Assembly: GCA_963822965.1 (NCBI GenBank)
Contig: CAWGJT010000005.1
Location: forward strand, 1,504,001-1,568,000
Source of the DNA: an uncultured delta proteobacterium
Lineage (GTDB): Bacteria; Myxococcota_A; UBA9160; UBA4427
DNA length: 64,000 nucleotides
Reading direction: 5' to 3'
How positions within the stretch are numbered: the first letter of the stretch is position 1; every line of letters begins with the position of its first letter. The notes under the pieces were generated by a model, which saw only the letters and a program-made list of their open reading frames with translations, was not told where the DNA came from and did not search any database. Both the position numbers and the translations under genes were made by a program. Shown here piece by piece: positions 34,471 to 46,447 of this stretch.

Positions 34471-36626
34471 TGGACTCATCGGTTCGCGTCTGGCCCGGAA
34501 GAGCCCTATCCACGCGGAGCCACCTGGGACGGACGGGGCGTCAACTTCAGCCTCTTCTCGGTGAACGCCGATCGTGTCGAGCTCTGCCTCTTCGACTCCA
34601 AGGGAAGGCGCGAGCTGCAGCGGGTGCCCCTGCCCGAGTACACCAACGAGGTCTGGCACGGCTACCTGCCCGACGCACGTCCGGGGCAGGTCTACGGCTA
34701 CCGGGTCTACGGCCCCTACGAGCCGCGTCGGGGCCACCGCTTCAATCACAACAAGCTCCTGCTGGATCCCTACGCGAAGAAGCTCACGGGCACCCTGCGC
34801 TGGTCGGACGCGCACTTCGGCTACCGCATCGGGCACCGCGCCGGAGACCTCTCCTTCGACCGCCGGAACAACGCTCGCGGCATGCCCAAGTGCGTCGTGG
34901 TGGACACCGCCTTCAGCTGGTCCCACGACCGTCCGCCGCGGCGCCCCTGGCACGAGAACATCCTCTACGAGATGCACGTGCGCGGCTTCACCATGCGGCA
35001 TCCAGAGGTGGCGCCCCCCCTGCGAGGCACCTTCGCGGGCCTCTCCACGCCCGCCGCCATGGATCACCTGCGCTCGCTGGGGATCACGGCCGTCGAGCTG
35101 CTGCCGGTGCACGCCTTCCTCGACGACCGCACCCTGGTCGAGCGGGGCCTGCGCAACTACTGGGGCTACAACACGCTCTCGTTCTTCGCGCCCGACCCGC
35201 GCTATCTCGCGGGCGGTGACCTGGGCGAAATCAAGACCTTCGTCCAGCACGCGCACGACGAGGGCATCGAGGTGATCCTGGACGTGGTCTACAACCACAC
35301 CGCGGAGGGCAACCACCTCGGACCGACGCTCTCCTTCCGCGGCATCGACAACGCCACCTACTATCGGCTCGTTCCCGGAGAAGAGCGCTTCTACCAGCGA
35401 CTTCACCGGCTGCGGCAACTCGCTCGACCTGCGTCGGCCCAACGTGCTGCAGCTCGTGATGGACTCGCTCCGCTACTGGGTCGACGAGATGCACGTGGAC
35501 GGCTTCCGCTTCGACCTCGCGACCACGCTCACACGCGACGGGGAACAGTTCGACCCCAACTCGAGCTTCCTCGACGCGGCCCGGCCAGGACCCGGTGCTC
35601 TCCCACGTCAAGCTCATCGCCGAGCCCTGGGACCTGGGCGACGGAGGCTACCGCCTGGGCGGCTTCCCGCCGGGCTGGTCGCGAGTGGAACGACCGCTAC
35701 CGCGACACGGCGCGATGCTACTGGAAGGGCGACCCGGGGCAGCTCCCCGATCTCGCCTCGCGGATGACCGGCTCGAGCGACCTCTTCGACCGGCGCGGCC
35801 GGCGCCCGGCCGCCTCGCATCAACTTCGTGACCGCACACGACGGCTTCACGCTCCGCGACCTGGTGAGCTACGACCGGAAGCACAACGAGGCCAACCGGG
35901 AGGGCAACGCGGACGGCGGCGACCACAACCATTCCTGGAACTGCGGCGTCGAGGGGCCGTCGGACGACGGGGCCGTGCGTCGCCTGCGACTGCAGCAGAG
36001 CAAGAACCTGATCGCGACCCTGCTGCTCTCCCAGGGCGTGCCCATGCTGCTGGCCGGCGACGAGCTGGGAAATTCCCAGCGCGGGAACAACAACGCCTAC
36101 TGCCAGGACAACGAGACGGCCTGGATCGACTGGGAGGCGGACGAAGAGGGACGCGAGCTGCTCGCCTTCGTCCGGCGACTCGTCCACTTCCGCCGGCGAG
36201 CACATCGTCCTGCACCGGCACCGCTTCTTCCAGGGTCTGTCCAGCCGGGAGAGCGAGAGCAAGGACATCACCTGGCTGCGACGCGACGGCCGAGAGCGCA
36301 CCGCGGAGGACTGGAGCGAAGCCGAGGACCGGCTGCTGGCCTTCGCGCTGAGCGGCGCGGCCCACGGCTACCACGTCACGGCGGGCGGCGAGCCCGAGCC
36401 CGACGACCACTTCCTCGTGATCCTCAACGCCGACTCGCGCGAAGTCGAGTGCCGCCTGGGCGGAGAGCGCCTCGCCCCCGCCTGGCGGCTCGTGCTCCAC
36501 ACCGGCGACGAAGAGCGCGAGGGGCAGGTGGTGAAGGCGGGACAGACGATCCGACTCGAGGGCCGGGTGCTGGCGCTCTTCGTGAACGAGGGAGGAGCCG
36601 GATCCGGAAGCCCGCCCTCGGCATGA
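34470..36626 (+). CDS. glgX: Glycogen debranching enzyme (6 single-base frameshifts)
   Basis: [52 protein letters not shown] and [10 protein letters not shown] motifs in successive frames. Confidence 0.88.
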
Positions 36627-38443
36627 CCGCGCACGCCATGCCCTTCGGCGCGAGCCTCGAGGACGCGGGAGCCACCCGTTTCCGTCTCTGGGCTCCGGCC
36701 GCCCGAACGGTGGACGTGCTGCTCGGACCGGGCGGGGAAAGGCGCGTCCGCATGGAGCCAGAGGCGGGAGGATGGTTCGCGTCCAGCCTCTCCGGGGTCG
36801 GCGCGGGCAGCCGCTACGCGTTCTCGATCGACGGCGAGCGGCCGGTGGCCGACCCGGCTTCGCGCTTCCAGCCGGCAGGCGTGGACGGCCCGAGCGAGGT
36901 GATCGATCCCGACGCGTTCCCGTGGACCGACGCGGGCTGGCACGGCCGGCCCTGGCGCGAGGCCGTCCTCTACGAGCTCCACGTCGGCGCCTTCACCCGC
37001 TCGGGCGACTACGCCGGCGTTCGCGAGCGGCTCGACGCCCTCGTCGATCTCGGCGTGACCGCGATCGAGCTGATGCCCGTCGCCGAGTGCCCGGGCCGCC
37101 GCAACTGGGGCTACGACGGCGTGCTGCCCTTCGCGCCAGCCGCCCGCTACGGGCGGCCCGAAGACCTGAAGGCGCTGGTAGACGCCGCGCACGCCCGCGG
37201 TCTGATGGTCCTGCTGGACGTCGTCTACAACCACTTCGGGCCCCGGGGCAACCACCTGAAGCGCTACGCGCCCCAGTTCTTCGACGCCGAGCGGCCCACG
37301 CCCTGGGGCGAGGCCATCGCCTTCGAGCGCCGGCCCGTTCGCGAGTTCTTCATCCACAACGCGCTCTACTGGCTCGAGGAGCTGCACCTGGACGGTCTGC
37401 GGCTCGACGCCGTCCACGCGATCGAGGATCCGTCGCAGCCCGACGTCCTCTGCGAGCTGGCCCGCCGCGTCCGCGAGCGCTGGGACGGCGAGCGCTGCGT
37501 GCATCTCGTGCTCGAGAACGATCACAACGAGGCGTGGCGCCTGGCCCGCGAGCCGGACGGGAAGCCGGACTACGCCGCGCAGTGGAACGACGACGTGCAC
37601 CACGCGCTGCACGTCCTGCTCACCGGCGAACGGCAGGGCTACTACGTCGACTACGCGGACGCGCCCCTCCGGCACCTGGGCCGCTGCCTCGCAGAGGGCT
37701 TCGCCTACCAGGGGGAGCCGTCGGTCCATCGGGGGGGCAAGCCCCGGGGCGAGCCCAGCGCGATGCTGCCTCCCACGGCCTTCGTCTCCTTCCTCCAGAA
37801 CCACGACCAGGTGGGCAACCGCGCCTTCGGCGAGCGCATCGCGCAGCTGGCGGCTCCGGAAGCGGTCCGGGCCGCCGCGGCCATCCTGCTCCTCGCCCCC
37901 GCGCCTCCGCTGCTCTTCATGGGCGAAGAGTGGGCCTGTCGGCAGCCCTTCCCCTTCTTCTGTGACTTCGAGCCCGACCTCGCGGCGCGCGTCCGCGAGG
38001 GCAGGCGTCGCGAGTTCGAACGCTTCCCGGCCTTCCGCGACCCCGAAGCGCGGGCCCGTATCCCCGATCCCTGCGCGGACGAGACGTTCGAGAGCGCCGT
38101 CCTGCGCTGGGCGGACCGCGAGTCGGAAGCGGCGCGGCTCCACCTGGACCTCGTAGGAAGGTTGCTCGACCTGCGTCGGCGCGAGATCGTGCCCCGCCTG
38201 CGCGCGGTCGCCGGCGGGGCGGCCGCGTACGAGGTCGGGGCGGGTGGCGTGCTCACGGTTCGCTGGCGGCTGGGCGACGGCACGAGGCTCGGGCTGCAGG
38301 CGAACCTCCGCGACTCGCCGGCGACGGCGCCCGTAGAGCCCGCGAGCGGCGGCAGGCGCCTGCTCTTCGCCACGCCCGAGCCGCCGGCGGACGGCGTGCT
38401 CGCGCCCTGGTCCGTCGCCTGGTGGCTCGCGGACGCCGAATGA
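36623..38443 (+). CDS. treZ: Malto-oligosyltrehalose trehalohydrolase
   Basis: [27 protein letters not shown] and QNHDQVGNR motifs. ATGA overlap with glgX. Confidence 0.95.
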   Translation: MTAHAMPFGASLEDAGATRFRLWAPAARTVDVLLGPGGERRVRMEPEAGGWFASSLSGVGAGSRYAFSIDGERPVADPASRFQPAGVDGPSEVIDPDAFPWTDAGWHGRPWREAVLYELHVGAFTRSGDYAGVRERLDALVDLGVTAIELMPVAECPGRRNWGYDGVLPFAPAARYGRPEDLKALVDAAHARGLMVLLDVVYNHFGPRGNHLKRYAPQFFDAERPTPWGEAIAFERRPVREFFIHNALYWLEELHLDGLRLDAVHAIEDPSQPDVLCELARRVRERWDGERCVHLVLENDHNEAWRLAREPDGKPDYAAQWNDDVHHALHVLLTGERQGYYVDYADAPLRHLGRCLAEGFAYQGEPSVHRGGKPRGEPSAMLPPTAFVSFLQNHDQVGNRAFGERIAQLAAPEAVRAAAAILLLAPAPPLLFMGEEWACRQPFPFFCDFEPDLAARVREGRRREFERFPAFRDPEARARIPDPCADETFESAVLRWADRESEAARLHLDLVGRLLDLRRREIVPRLRAVAGGAAAYEVGAGGVLTVRWRLGDGTRLGLQANLRDSPATAPVEPASGGRRLLFATPEPPADGVLAPWSVAWWLADAE

Positions 38444-41282
38444 GCCGCGCGTCCCCCTCCACGCCGCGGGCGACCTACCGCCTCCAGCTTCGGGACGGCA
38501 TGACGTTCGAGCGGGCGGCGACCCTGCTGCCCTACCTCGACGCACTCGGGGTGAGCCACGTCTACTGCTCGCCGTGCATGGAGGCGCGAACCGGGAGCAG
38601 TCATGGCTACGACGTCGTCGACCCCACCCGGATCGATCCGGCGCTCGGGGGCGAGGAGGCGTTCGTGGCCTTCGCCGAGGCGCTGCGCGGGCGCGGGATG
38701 GGGCTGGTGCTCGACTGGGTGCCCAACCACGTGGGCATCGCCAACGGCGAGAACGCGTGGTGGCAGGACGTGCTCGAGCACGGACGCGCTTCGTCCTACG
38801 CGAACTTCTTCGACGTGGACTGGGAGACGGCGCGCCCGGCCCTTCGCGGCAAGCTGCTGCTCCCCGTGCTCGCCCGGCACTACGGAGCCGTGCTGGAGGC
38901 CGGCGAGCTCGAGCTCGTCTGGAGCGAGTCGTACGGGCTGGAGATCCACTACTTCGAGCAGCGCTTTCCCGTCTCGCCGGCGTCGACGGCGGCGTTCCTG
39001 CGCGAACGATTGCTCGACCGCGACACCGCGCCGGGGCTCGCCGAGCCCCAGCGGGAAGCCCTGCGCGGCGCGCTGGCGCGGCTGGAGCCCGCAGCCGGCG
39101 GGGCACGCGCCTCGAAGGCGTCGGCCGGCAAGCTGGCGCTCCTCGATCTCGTCGGCGGCGACCCGGGGCTTCGTGCGGCCGTGGAGGCCGCCGTGGATTC
39201 CCTGGGCGGGCGCCCCGGCGTTCCGCGGAGCCACGACGCGCTCCACCGCCTGCTCGAACGACAGCACTACCGTCTCTCCTACTGGCGCGTGTCCGCGGAA
39301 GAGGTCAACTACCGTCGCTTCTTCGACATCGACGAGCTGGCGGCCCTGCGAATGGACGAGCCCGAGGTGTTCACCCGCACCCACGAGCGGCTGCTGGCCG
39401 CGGTCCAGGCCGGCCGCATCGCGGGGCTCCGGATCGACCACGTGGACGGGCTTGCCGACCCGCGCGGCTACTGCGGCCGGCTCCGGAAGGAGGCGCCCGG
39501 TGTCTATCTCGTCGTGGAGAAGATCCTCGCCCGAGACGAGCGCCTGCGGGAGGACTGGGCGGTCGACGGAACCACGGGCTACGAGTTCCTGAACCAGCTT
39601 GGCGGGCTCTTCGTCGATCCTCGCGCGGCGGGTCCGCTCGAACGGCTGCAGCGACGCTTCACCGGTGATTCCCGGAGCTTCGACGAGATCCTCTACGAGA
39701 GCCGCAAGCGCGTGATGCACGCCCTGCTGGCGGGCGACCTCGAAGGCCTGGCGAGCCGGTTGGACCGCATCGCGCAGCAGGACCGCCACACCCGGGACTA
39801 CACGCGCAGCGCCCTCCGCTCCGCCCTCGAGGAGATCGTCGCCTGGTTTCCCGTCTATCGCACCTACGTGGACGAACGAGGCGCCAGCGCCGAGGACCGC
39901 CGGCGCATCCAGCATGCGGTGCACGAGGCGCGGCGCCGCGCCGACGACCCGGAGTCCGACCTCTTCGATTGGATCGAGCGCATCCTCTCCGGCGAGGTGG
40001 CCGCGGCGGCGAGCCCGGCGCGGCGGAGCGAGGTCCTGCGCTTCGTCGCCCGCTTCCAGCAATACACCGCACCCGTCATGGCCAAGGGCCTGGAGGACAC
40101 GAGCTTCTACCGCCATCACCGCCTCGTCTCGCTGAACGAGGTGGGCGGAGATCCCCGGCGCTTCGGGACCTCCGTCGACGAGTTCCACGCGGCGAACCGG
40201 GACCGGGCCGTGCACTGGCCCGGCGCCATGCTCTGCACCGCGAGCCACGACACCAAGCGCGGCGAGGATGCGCGGGCCCGCATCGACGTGCTCTCCGAGA
40301 TGCCGGACGCCTGGGCGGAGCAGGTACGCGAATGGTCGCGGCGCAATCGCCGCTTCAAGCGGACGATCGACGGCAAGCCGGCGCCTTCCCGCAAGGACGA
40401 GTACCTGCTGTACCAGGTGCTGGTAGGCGCCTGGCCCCTGCCTCCGGCGGAGGCCCGAACGCTCGAGCTCTATCGAGAGCGCATCCAGACCTTCATGAAG
40501 AAGGCGCTGCGCGAGGGCAAGGAGCGATCCAGCTGGCGGCACCCCGACGCCGCCTACGAGTCGTCCATGGCGGAATTCATCGCCGCGATCCTCGATCCCG
40601 ACGGCGGCTTCGTGGAAGGGGCCCGGGCCTTCCTCGACCGGGTGGCGGAGCGCGGGCGCGCTGAACGGACTGGCTGCCACGGCGCTGAAGCTGTGCTCGC
40701 CGGGGGTGCCCGACGTCTACCAGGGCTGCGAGCTCTGGGATCTCTCTCTCGCGGATCCCGACAACCGGAGGCCCGTCGACTTCGACGCGAGGCGGACGAG
40801 CTCTCGCTTCCCTCGAGCAGGAGCTGGGCGCCTTCGGAACCGAGGCGCCGCCGGGACGGCTGCGCGAGCTGCTGCAGACCTGGCCGGACGCTCGCATCAA
40901 GCTCTACCTGACGTGGCGACTGCTCGAGCTGCGTCGGACCTGGCCGGATCTCTTCGCCCACGCGGACTACGAGCCCGCCCGGGGCCGCGGCGAGCACGCC
41001 GAACGCGTGTGCGCCTTCGCGCGGCGTCTCGACGAGGCGGCGCTGCTCGTGGTGGTGCCGCGACTCGCCGCCCACCTGAAGCGGGTGGACACGATCTTCC
41101 CGCTGGGAAGCGAGAGCTGGGGCGACACGGAGATCGTCCTGCCGTCCGGCCTGCCGCACGAATGGCGCGACGTCCTCACCGGACGCACACTGCACGCCCG
41201 CGGCGACGCGATCGGGGCAGCCGACGCCTTCGCCGCGCTGCCGGTCGCCGTGCTCGTGGCGACCCCGGGAGGACCTGCGTGA
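38440..41282 (+). CDS. treY: Malto-oligosyltrehalose synthase (frameshifts at ~40655 and ~40800)
   Basis: [37 protein letters not shown] and PGVPDVYQG motifs. Confidence 0.9.
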
Positions 41283-43208
41283 GCGGCGAGGCGACACCGG
41301 ACGCAGCGGTCCGCGAGGCGCTGCGCGTGCTCGGCGTGAGAGAACCTCGTTCTCGGCATTCACGACGCGAGCTTTCCGGCGACCGCCGAGGACGACACCG
41401 GACGGGGCACGTCCTGCTCTCCGGGCGGGACGGCCCTCGTCGCCTTCCTCCGACGGACGGGATTCGACGGCGTGCAGCTCGGGCCCCAGGGAGCGACGCC
41501 GTTCGACGACCACTCCCCCTACATGGGCAGCCTCTTCTCCCGCGATCCGCTGTTGGTCTCGCTCGCGCGCCTGGCGGATCCCGACGGCGAGTGGCGCGGC
41601 ATCCTGCCGGCGCGAGAGCTGGCCTCGCTGGTGGCGGGACGACCCTCCGGCGGCGAAGAGCGGGTTCCCTACGCGTACGTCCATCGCGGACACCGCCGGG
41701 CGCTGGCCCGAGCCGAGCGCGGTCTGCGCGAGCGGGTCCGGGAAGGCGACCCCGAGGCGAAGGAGCTCGAGGCCCGCCTCGAAGCCTTCTGCCGGGCGGC
41801 CTCCGACTGGCTCGAGGGCGACGCCCTCTACGAGGTGCTCCGCGCCGAGTACGGCGATCGGGACTACGGCGCCTGGCAGGGACCTCACGCCGCGCTCGAC
41901 CGGGCCCTCGGCGGGCGCCCGGCGGCGCCCGGCGTCTTCGCGGCCCGACGGGACGAGATCCGCCGCCGTCACGCCGAGGCCCTGCGCGTCTACCGCTTCG
42001 TCCAGTTCGTCGCCGCCGAGCAGCACGCGCGCTTCCACGAAGAGAGCCGCCGGATCGGCGTGCGCCTCTACGGCGACCTGCAGGTGGGCGTCTCGGCGCG
42101 GGACGTCTGGCAGAACGAGGGCTGCTTCCTGTCCGACTACCGACTGGGAGCACCGCCCAGCCGCACGAACCCCGACGGACAGGCCTGGGGCTATCCCGTG
42201 CTGGATCCGGATCGCTACCTCGACGACGACGGCGGGCCGGGACCCGCGCTGCGCTTCCTCTTCCGGCGAATCGAGAGGTGCTTCTCGGCGTACGACGCGC
42301 TCCGCATCGACCATCCCCAGGGACTCGTGTGTCCCTGGGTGTACCGGGCGGACGATCCCGATCCGCAGCACGCCGTCGTGCACGGTGCTCGACTCTTCTC
42401 GTCGCCCGATCTGCCCGACCACGCCGCGCTCGCGCGCTACGCGATCGTCTCGGCCGACCAGCTCGACACGAGCCCGCGGACATCCCGCCATGCGGACGGT
42501 CGGGTGGTGTCGCTGCGCCCCGAGCAGATCGACCGCTACGCGCTGCTGATGGACCGGGTGGTCGAGATCGCGAGACGACACGCGCCCGAGGAGGCCTCCC
42601 TGGCCTGCGAGGTCCTCAGCACGCTGCCCTTCCCGCTGGCCTGCGTGCTGGAGCGCCACGGTCTCGGGCGCTTCCGCGTCACCCAGAAGGCGAGCCCGGG
42701 CGACGAGGCCGACGTCTACCGGCCGGAGAACGCTCGGCCCCACGACTGGGTGATGTTCGGAAACCACGACACCCCCTCGCTCTGGGAGCTGCTCGGGAGC
42801 TGGCCCCGGGATCGGATCCGTGCGCGCAGCATCGCGGCGGCCCGAGCGCTCTCCCGGAGCCCGGCCGAACGGGACGCCCTCGCCGCCTCGCTCGCGCGCC
42901 GGCCGGACCGGCTCGCCCACGCCGAGATCGCCCGGCTCTTCGCGAGCCCCGCGCAGAACGTGATGATCTTCTTCGCGGACTTCTTCGGCATCGCGGCCTC
43001 GTTCAACGAGCCGGGCACGACGGGAAGCGGCAACTGGACGCTCCGCCTCCGGACCGACTGGCAGGAGCGCTACGCCGAGCAGCGTCGCCTCGGAGGAGCG
43101 ATCGATCTCCGGCTCGCCCTGGCGATGGCGCTGCGGGCGCGCTCGGGGCACGAGGAGCTCGCCTCGCGGCTCGAGCGCGATGCGGGGTCTCCCGTTCAGG
43201 CGCCGTAG
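41279..43208 (+). CDS. malQ: 4-alpha-glucanotransferase (GH77; frameshift at ~41340)
   Basis: QLGP...SPY, GDLQVG, GQAWGYP, LRIDH, GNHDT and NEPGT..GNW motifs. Confidence 0.85.
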
Positions 43209-43561
43209 CCCTCGGTCGGGTGGCCTCCCTCCTTCCAGTCGCTCAGGCCGCCCTCGTAGTCGACGACCCGCTGGTAGCCCTCGCTGGCGAGGTCGCGGGC
43301 CACCCTGCGCGAAGCCTGGCACGTGGGAGACGCGCAGTAGAGGACGATCTCCTTCTCCTTCTCGAAGCGCTTCTGGAAGGCGCCCTCCTCGCGCTGCGGA
43401 ATGTTCATCGAGCCGGGGATGCGCTCCTTGTCGAACGCCTCCGGGGACAGGACGTCGACGAGGGCGTAGCCGTGCCTCGGATGCCGGTTGTCGGGCGTCG
43501 CGGTCTCCATCTTCTTGGCGAGCTGCTCCCGGTCGATCGTCGCATAGGCCTGCTGGGTCAT
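43196..43561 (-). CDS. Rhodanese-like domain protein
   Basis: LVDV, IPGS.NIP, active-loop LYCAS and YEGGLSDWK motifs. Confidence 0.88.
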   Translation of the reverse strand: MTQQAYATIDREQLAKKMETATPDNRHPRHGYALVDVLSPEAFDKERIPGSMNIPQREEGAFQKRFEKEKEIVLYCASPTCQASRRVARDLASEGYQRVVDYEGGLSDWKEGGHPTEGYGA

Positions 43562-43627
43562 GGATCGGTACCTCCTGGATCGCTGGTTCTCCGCCCTCGC
43601 GTCTCTCCGGCCTCCCTGCGGTGGGTT

Positions 43628-43643
43628 TGCAACCGGTGTGCCG
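43628..43643 (-). promoter_or_regulatory. sigma54 promoter of the rhodanese gene
   Basis: Minus strand reads CGGCACA-CCGG-TTGCA. Confidence 0.7.
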
Positions 43644-43772
43644 GGCGCGCGCGAGGAAGCGCCAGCAGCGGGGACGGGACCCCGGTGCCGGATCTACAAA
43701 GCGCAATGCGCCTGGCCCGGAAGGCTCCGCTCGGGGGCGGCGCACGGAGCGCCTCCTGGGGCCGCCCGCCGT

Positions 43773-43788
43773 TGGCACGCATCCTGCT
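43773..43788 (+). promoter_or_regulatory. sigma54 promoter of the membrane protein gene
   Basis: TGGCACG-CATC-CTGCT about 15 nt upstream of the GGAGG SD. Confidence 0.7.
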
Positions 43789-43814
43789 CTTGTCTCGGGA
43801 GAGGAGGTCATGCC

Positions 43815-44429
43815 ATGAGCACCCACGAAGTCCTGCACGACGACGCGAACGATCGGGCCCGAGCGGCCGCCGCCGACATCGCCAGGGAGGTCGCCGCCAG
43901 GGACGCAGGCTGGCCGCTCTACGCCGCGCTGGCGGGCTTCGTCGGCGCCTTCGTCGTCGCCGTCACGTTCCTGATCGTGGACCTCGCACACGGCCGCCCT
44001 GCCCTGTGGACGCCGGCCCTCCTGGGTCGGGTGCTCTTCCTCGGCCAGGGCGTCTCACAGCCGGGCGCCATCGCGCCGCTCGACTCGCTCGTTCTCATCA
44101 GCGGCTACACGTTCCTGCACGGCGCGGTGTTCGTCGCGTTCGGCGGCATTGCAGCGCAGATCTCGCTGGCGCGAGAAGCGCGCTGGACCGTGGGAGCGGG
44201 AGTCACGCTGGCCGTCGGCCTCTTCCTCGCCCTGCAGCTCACGTTCCTGGGCTTCGCCTGGGCGTTCGAGCCGACACTTCCCGTCGCCCTGGGGCTCGGA
44301 TGGATCTCGCTCGCCAACGCGGCGGCCGCGGTCTCGATCGCCCTGGTGATGGGCTGGGTGGTGCAACGCGCGCGCGCGACGCGACGAGATGCGGCGCGAC
44401 GCAGGCGCACGTCCCGGCCGGAAGCGTGA
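43815..44429 (+). CDS. Hypothetical multi-pass membrane protein
   Basis: SD GGAGG, 4-5 hydrophobic helices, and G.P.WTPALLG and YTFLHG motifs. Confidence 0.75.
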   Translation: MSTHEVLHDDANDRARAAAADIAREVAARDAGWPLYAALAGFVGAFVVAVTFLIVDLAHGRPALWTPALLGRVLFLGQGVSQPGAIAPLDSLVLISGYTFLHGAVFVAFGGIAAQISLAREARWTVGAGVTLAVGLFLALQLTFLGFAWAFEPTLPVALGLGWISLANAAAAVSIALVMGWVVQRARATRRDAARRRRTSRPEA

Positions 44430-44457
44430 GCCGCTCGTGAGAGCGGCCCGCCCGGTC

Positions 44458-45732
44458 TCAGTTCCGACGATCCTCGGCCCGGTAGACGCTGAGGCGGCTG
44501 TAGAGCGTCTTGACACTGATGCCGAGGGTCTTCGCGGCCTTCTTCTTGTCGCCCTGCAGCTCCTCGAGGGTCGCCACGATCAGCCTCTTCTCGGCTTCCG
44601 CGATGGGCATGCCGACCCGAACGCCCAGCTCCTGCTCCCCGTCGTGGCTGCCAGCCAGCAGATCCGAAGAGAAGGGATCCGCCGAGAAGTGCCGCAGGTC
44701 GATGGCTCGCTCGGCGAGGATGAACGCGCGCTCGAGCGCGTTGCGAAGCTCGCGGACGTTGCCGGGCCACGAGTGCGCCTGCAGATGCTCCAGTGCGTCG
44801 TCGGTCAGCTCCTTGCGGGTGGCGTTCTCCTGGTTCAGGTCGTGGAGGTGATTCCGCGCGATGAGCGTCGCGTCGTCCGCACGATCGCGCAGCGGCGGGA
44901 GCTCGACGGGGAAGACCAGCAGCCGATAGAAGAGATCCTCCCGCAGCGCCTTCTGCTCGAGTGCCTCGTGGGGATCCCGGTTGGTGGCAGCGATCACCCG
45001 GACATCCACGTCGATGGGACCGTCTCCACCGACGCGGCGAACCTTGCGCGATTCGAGCACACGCAGGAGCTTGACCTGCAGGTCGAGGGGCATCTCGGTG
45101 ATCTCGTCCAGGAAGAGCGTGCCGCCCTGGGCCCGCTCGAAGAGCCCGATGTGTCGTCGGTCCGCCCCGGTGAAGCTCCCCCGCTCGTGCCCGAAGAGCT
45201 CCGCTTCGATGAGGCTCGGGGACAGGGCCCCGCAGTTCACCGTCACGAAGGGCCGGGTGGCGCGCGGGCTCAGTCCGTGGATCAGCTCGGCGGCGAGCTC
45301 CTTGCCCGTTCCCGATTCGCCCACGAGAAACACGCTCGCGGAGGTCGGCGCCACACGCAGCAGCTGGTCGTAGATCCGCTGCATCGGGGGCGACTTGCCG
45401 ATCAGGCGACCGAAGCGCGCGAGCGGCGGCGGGCGCCGATCGCCTTCGTCCCTCGCGGTCCACGCCGCGTCCGAGCATGCGCCCGTCACGGGCAATGGCC
45501 CCTCGGCCAGGTCGTCGAACAGATGGATTCCCCGGGAATCCAGCATGTTCCGATCCGCCAACGCGAGATCGAAGTTCTGCTCGTCGAGCTCCGCGTTCGC
45601 CTTCTCGGGTGTCTCCGCGGCGCGTGCCGCAAACCCCACCTGGCCCACCCAGCGTCCGAGGGACGCGCGACGGATGGGATCCACGTCGATGATGAGAGCG
45701 GTGGGTGGTCGTTGCTCGCTTCGGGGCATCAT
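44458..45732 (-). CDS. sigma54-dependent Fis-family enhancer-binding activator with truncated receiver domain
   Basis: GESGTGKE, ELFGHERGSFTGA, LFLDEI, WPGNVREL and C-terminal HTH. AGGAGG SD precedes ATG 45732. Confidence 0.9.
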   Translation of the reverse strand: MMPRSEQRPPTALIIDVDPIRRASLGRWVGQVGFAARAAETPEKANAELDEQNFDLALADRNMLDSRGIHLFDDLAEGPLPVTGACSDAAWTARDEGDRRPPPLARFGRLIGKSPPMQRIYDQLLRVAPTSASVFLVGESGTGKELAAELIHGLSPRATRPFVTVNCGALSPSLIEAELFGHERGSFTGADRRHIGLFERAQGGTLFLDEITEMPLDLQVKLLRVLESRKVRRVGGDGPIDVDVRVIAATNRDPHEALEQKALREDLFYRLLVFPVELPPLRDRADDATLIARNHLHDLNQENATRKELTDDALEHLQAHSWPGNVRELRNALERAFILAERAIDLRHFSADPFSSDLLAGSHDGEQELGVRVGMPIAEAEKRLIVATLEELQGDKKKAAKTLGISVKTLYSRLSVYRAEDRRN

Positions 45733-46447
45733 GTGTGTTGGTTCCTCCTGCTCGTAGGGTTCGACACTCGTCGGCGGGAGATCCAAACCAGCCGGGGCGG
45801 ATCACGAAGCGGGATTCCGGAGCAATCTCGCACCTGCGCTTCAGGGAGCCTGCGACGTGTCGGTCGGGAAGCAGCCCGACCTTCGTTCGTCCCGGCTCTC
45901 GGGACCCACCGCGTTCTCTCGAGGACGGCAGAGGACTTCCCGCCGCAATGCGACCGCCTGTCCTCGCGAAACCGGCAGACGAGCCAATCGTCGCTATCGA
46001 CGTCGCTCGGAAGAGGCGGGTTCCTGAAGCTGCGCGGGATCAGGAGCGGGGGCGCGGAACCGGGTTGTGGATGCGCCTGATCATCACTTCGCGCACTCTT
46101 CGCGCACTCTCGGCCTTTCTCGCTCGGCCTTTCGCGCTCGGCCTTGGCGGCCGTCGGTCGGTCTCTAGATGCTCGAGAATCGGCGCGTGGCAGGCGAGTG
46201 GCTCGCACCACATGCTGATTCGATCGCCGTCTGGTGATGATAGCGGGACATGCCCTTCGCGTCACCCGCGCGGGTTCGCGCCCATGCATCCGTCCACACA
46301 CCCTCCACACACACTGCAACACCGCCACTGCAACGCCGCCGGGTCGTGAGAATCCCTGCGGCCCGGAAGGAACGGCTGCGGCGTTTGCTTCGTCCAAACA
46401 GGCGCCGAGCCCGAAGCCACGGCGCGACCGGCCAACCGGAGGAACAA

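Noticed and set aside
34470..36626. Programmed ribosomal frameshifting in glgX/treS
   Set aside because: There are six shifts per gene without slippery heptamers, so sequencing error is far more parsimonious.
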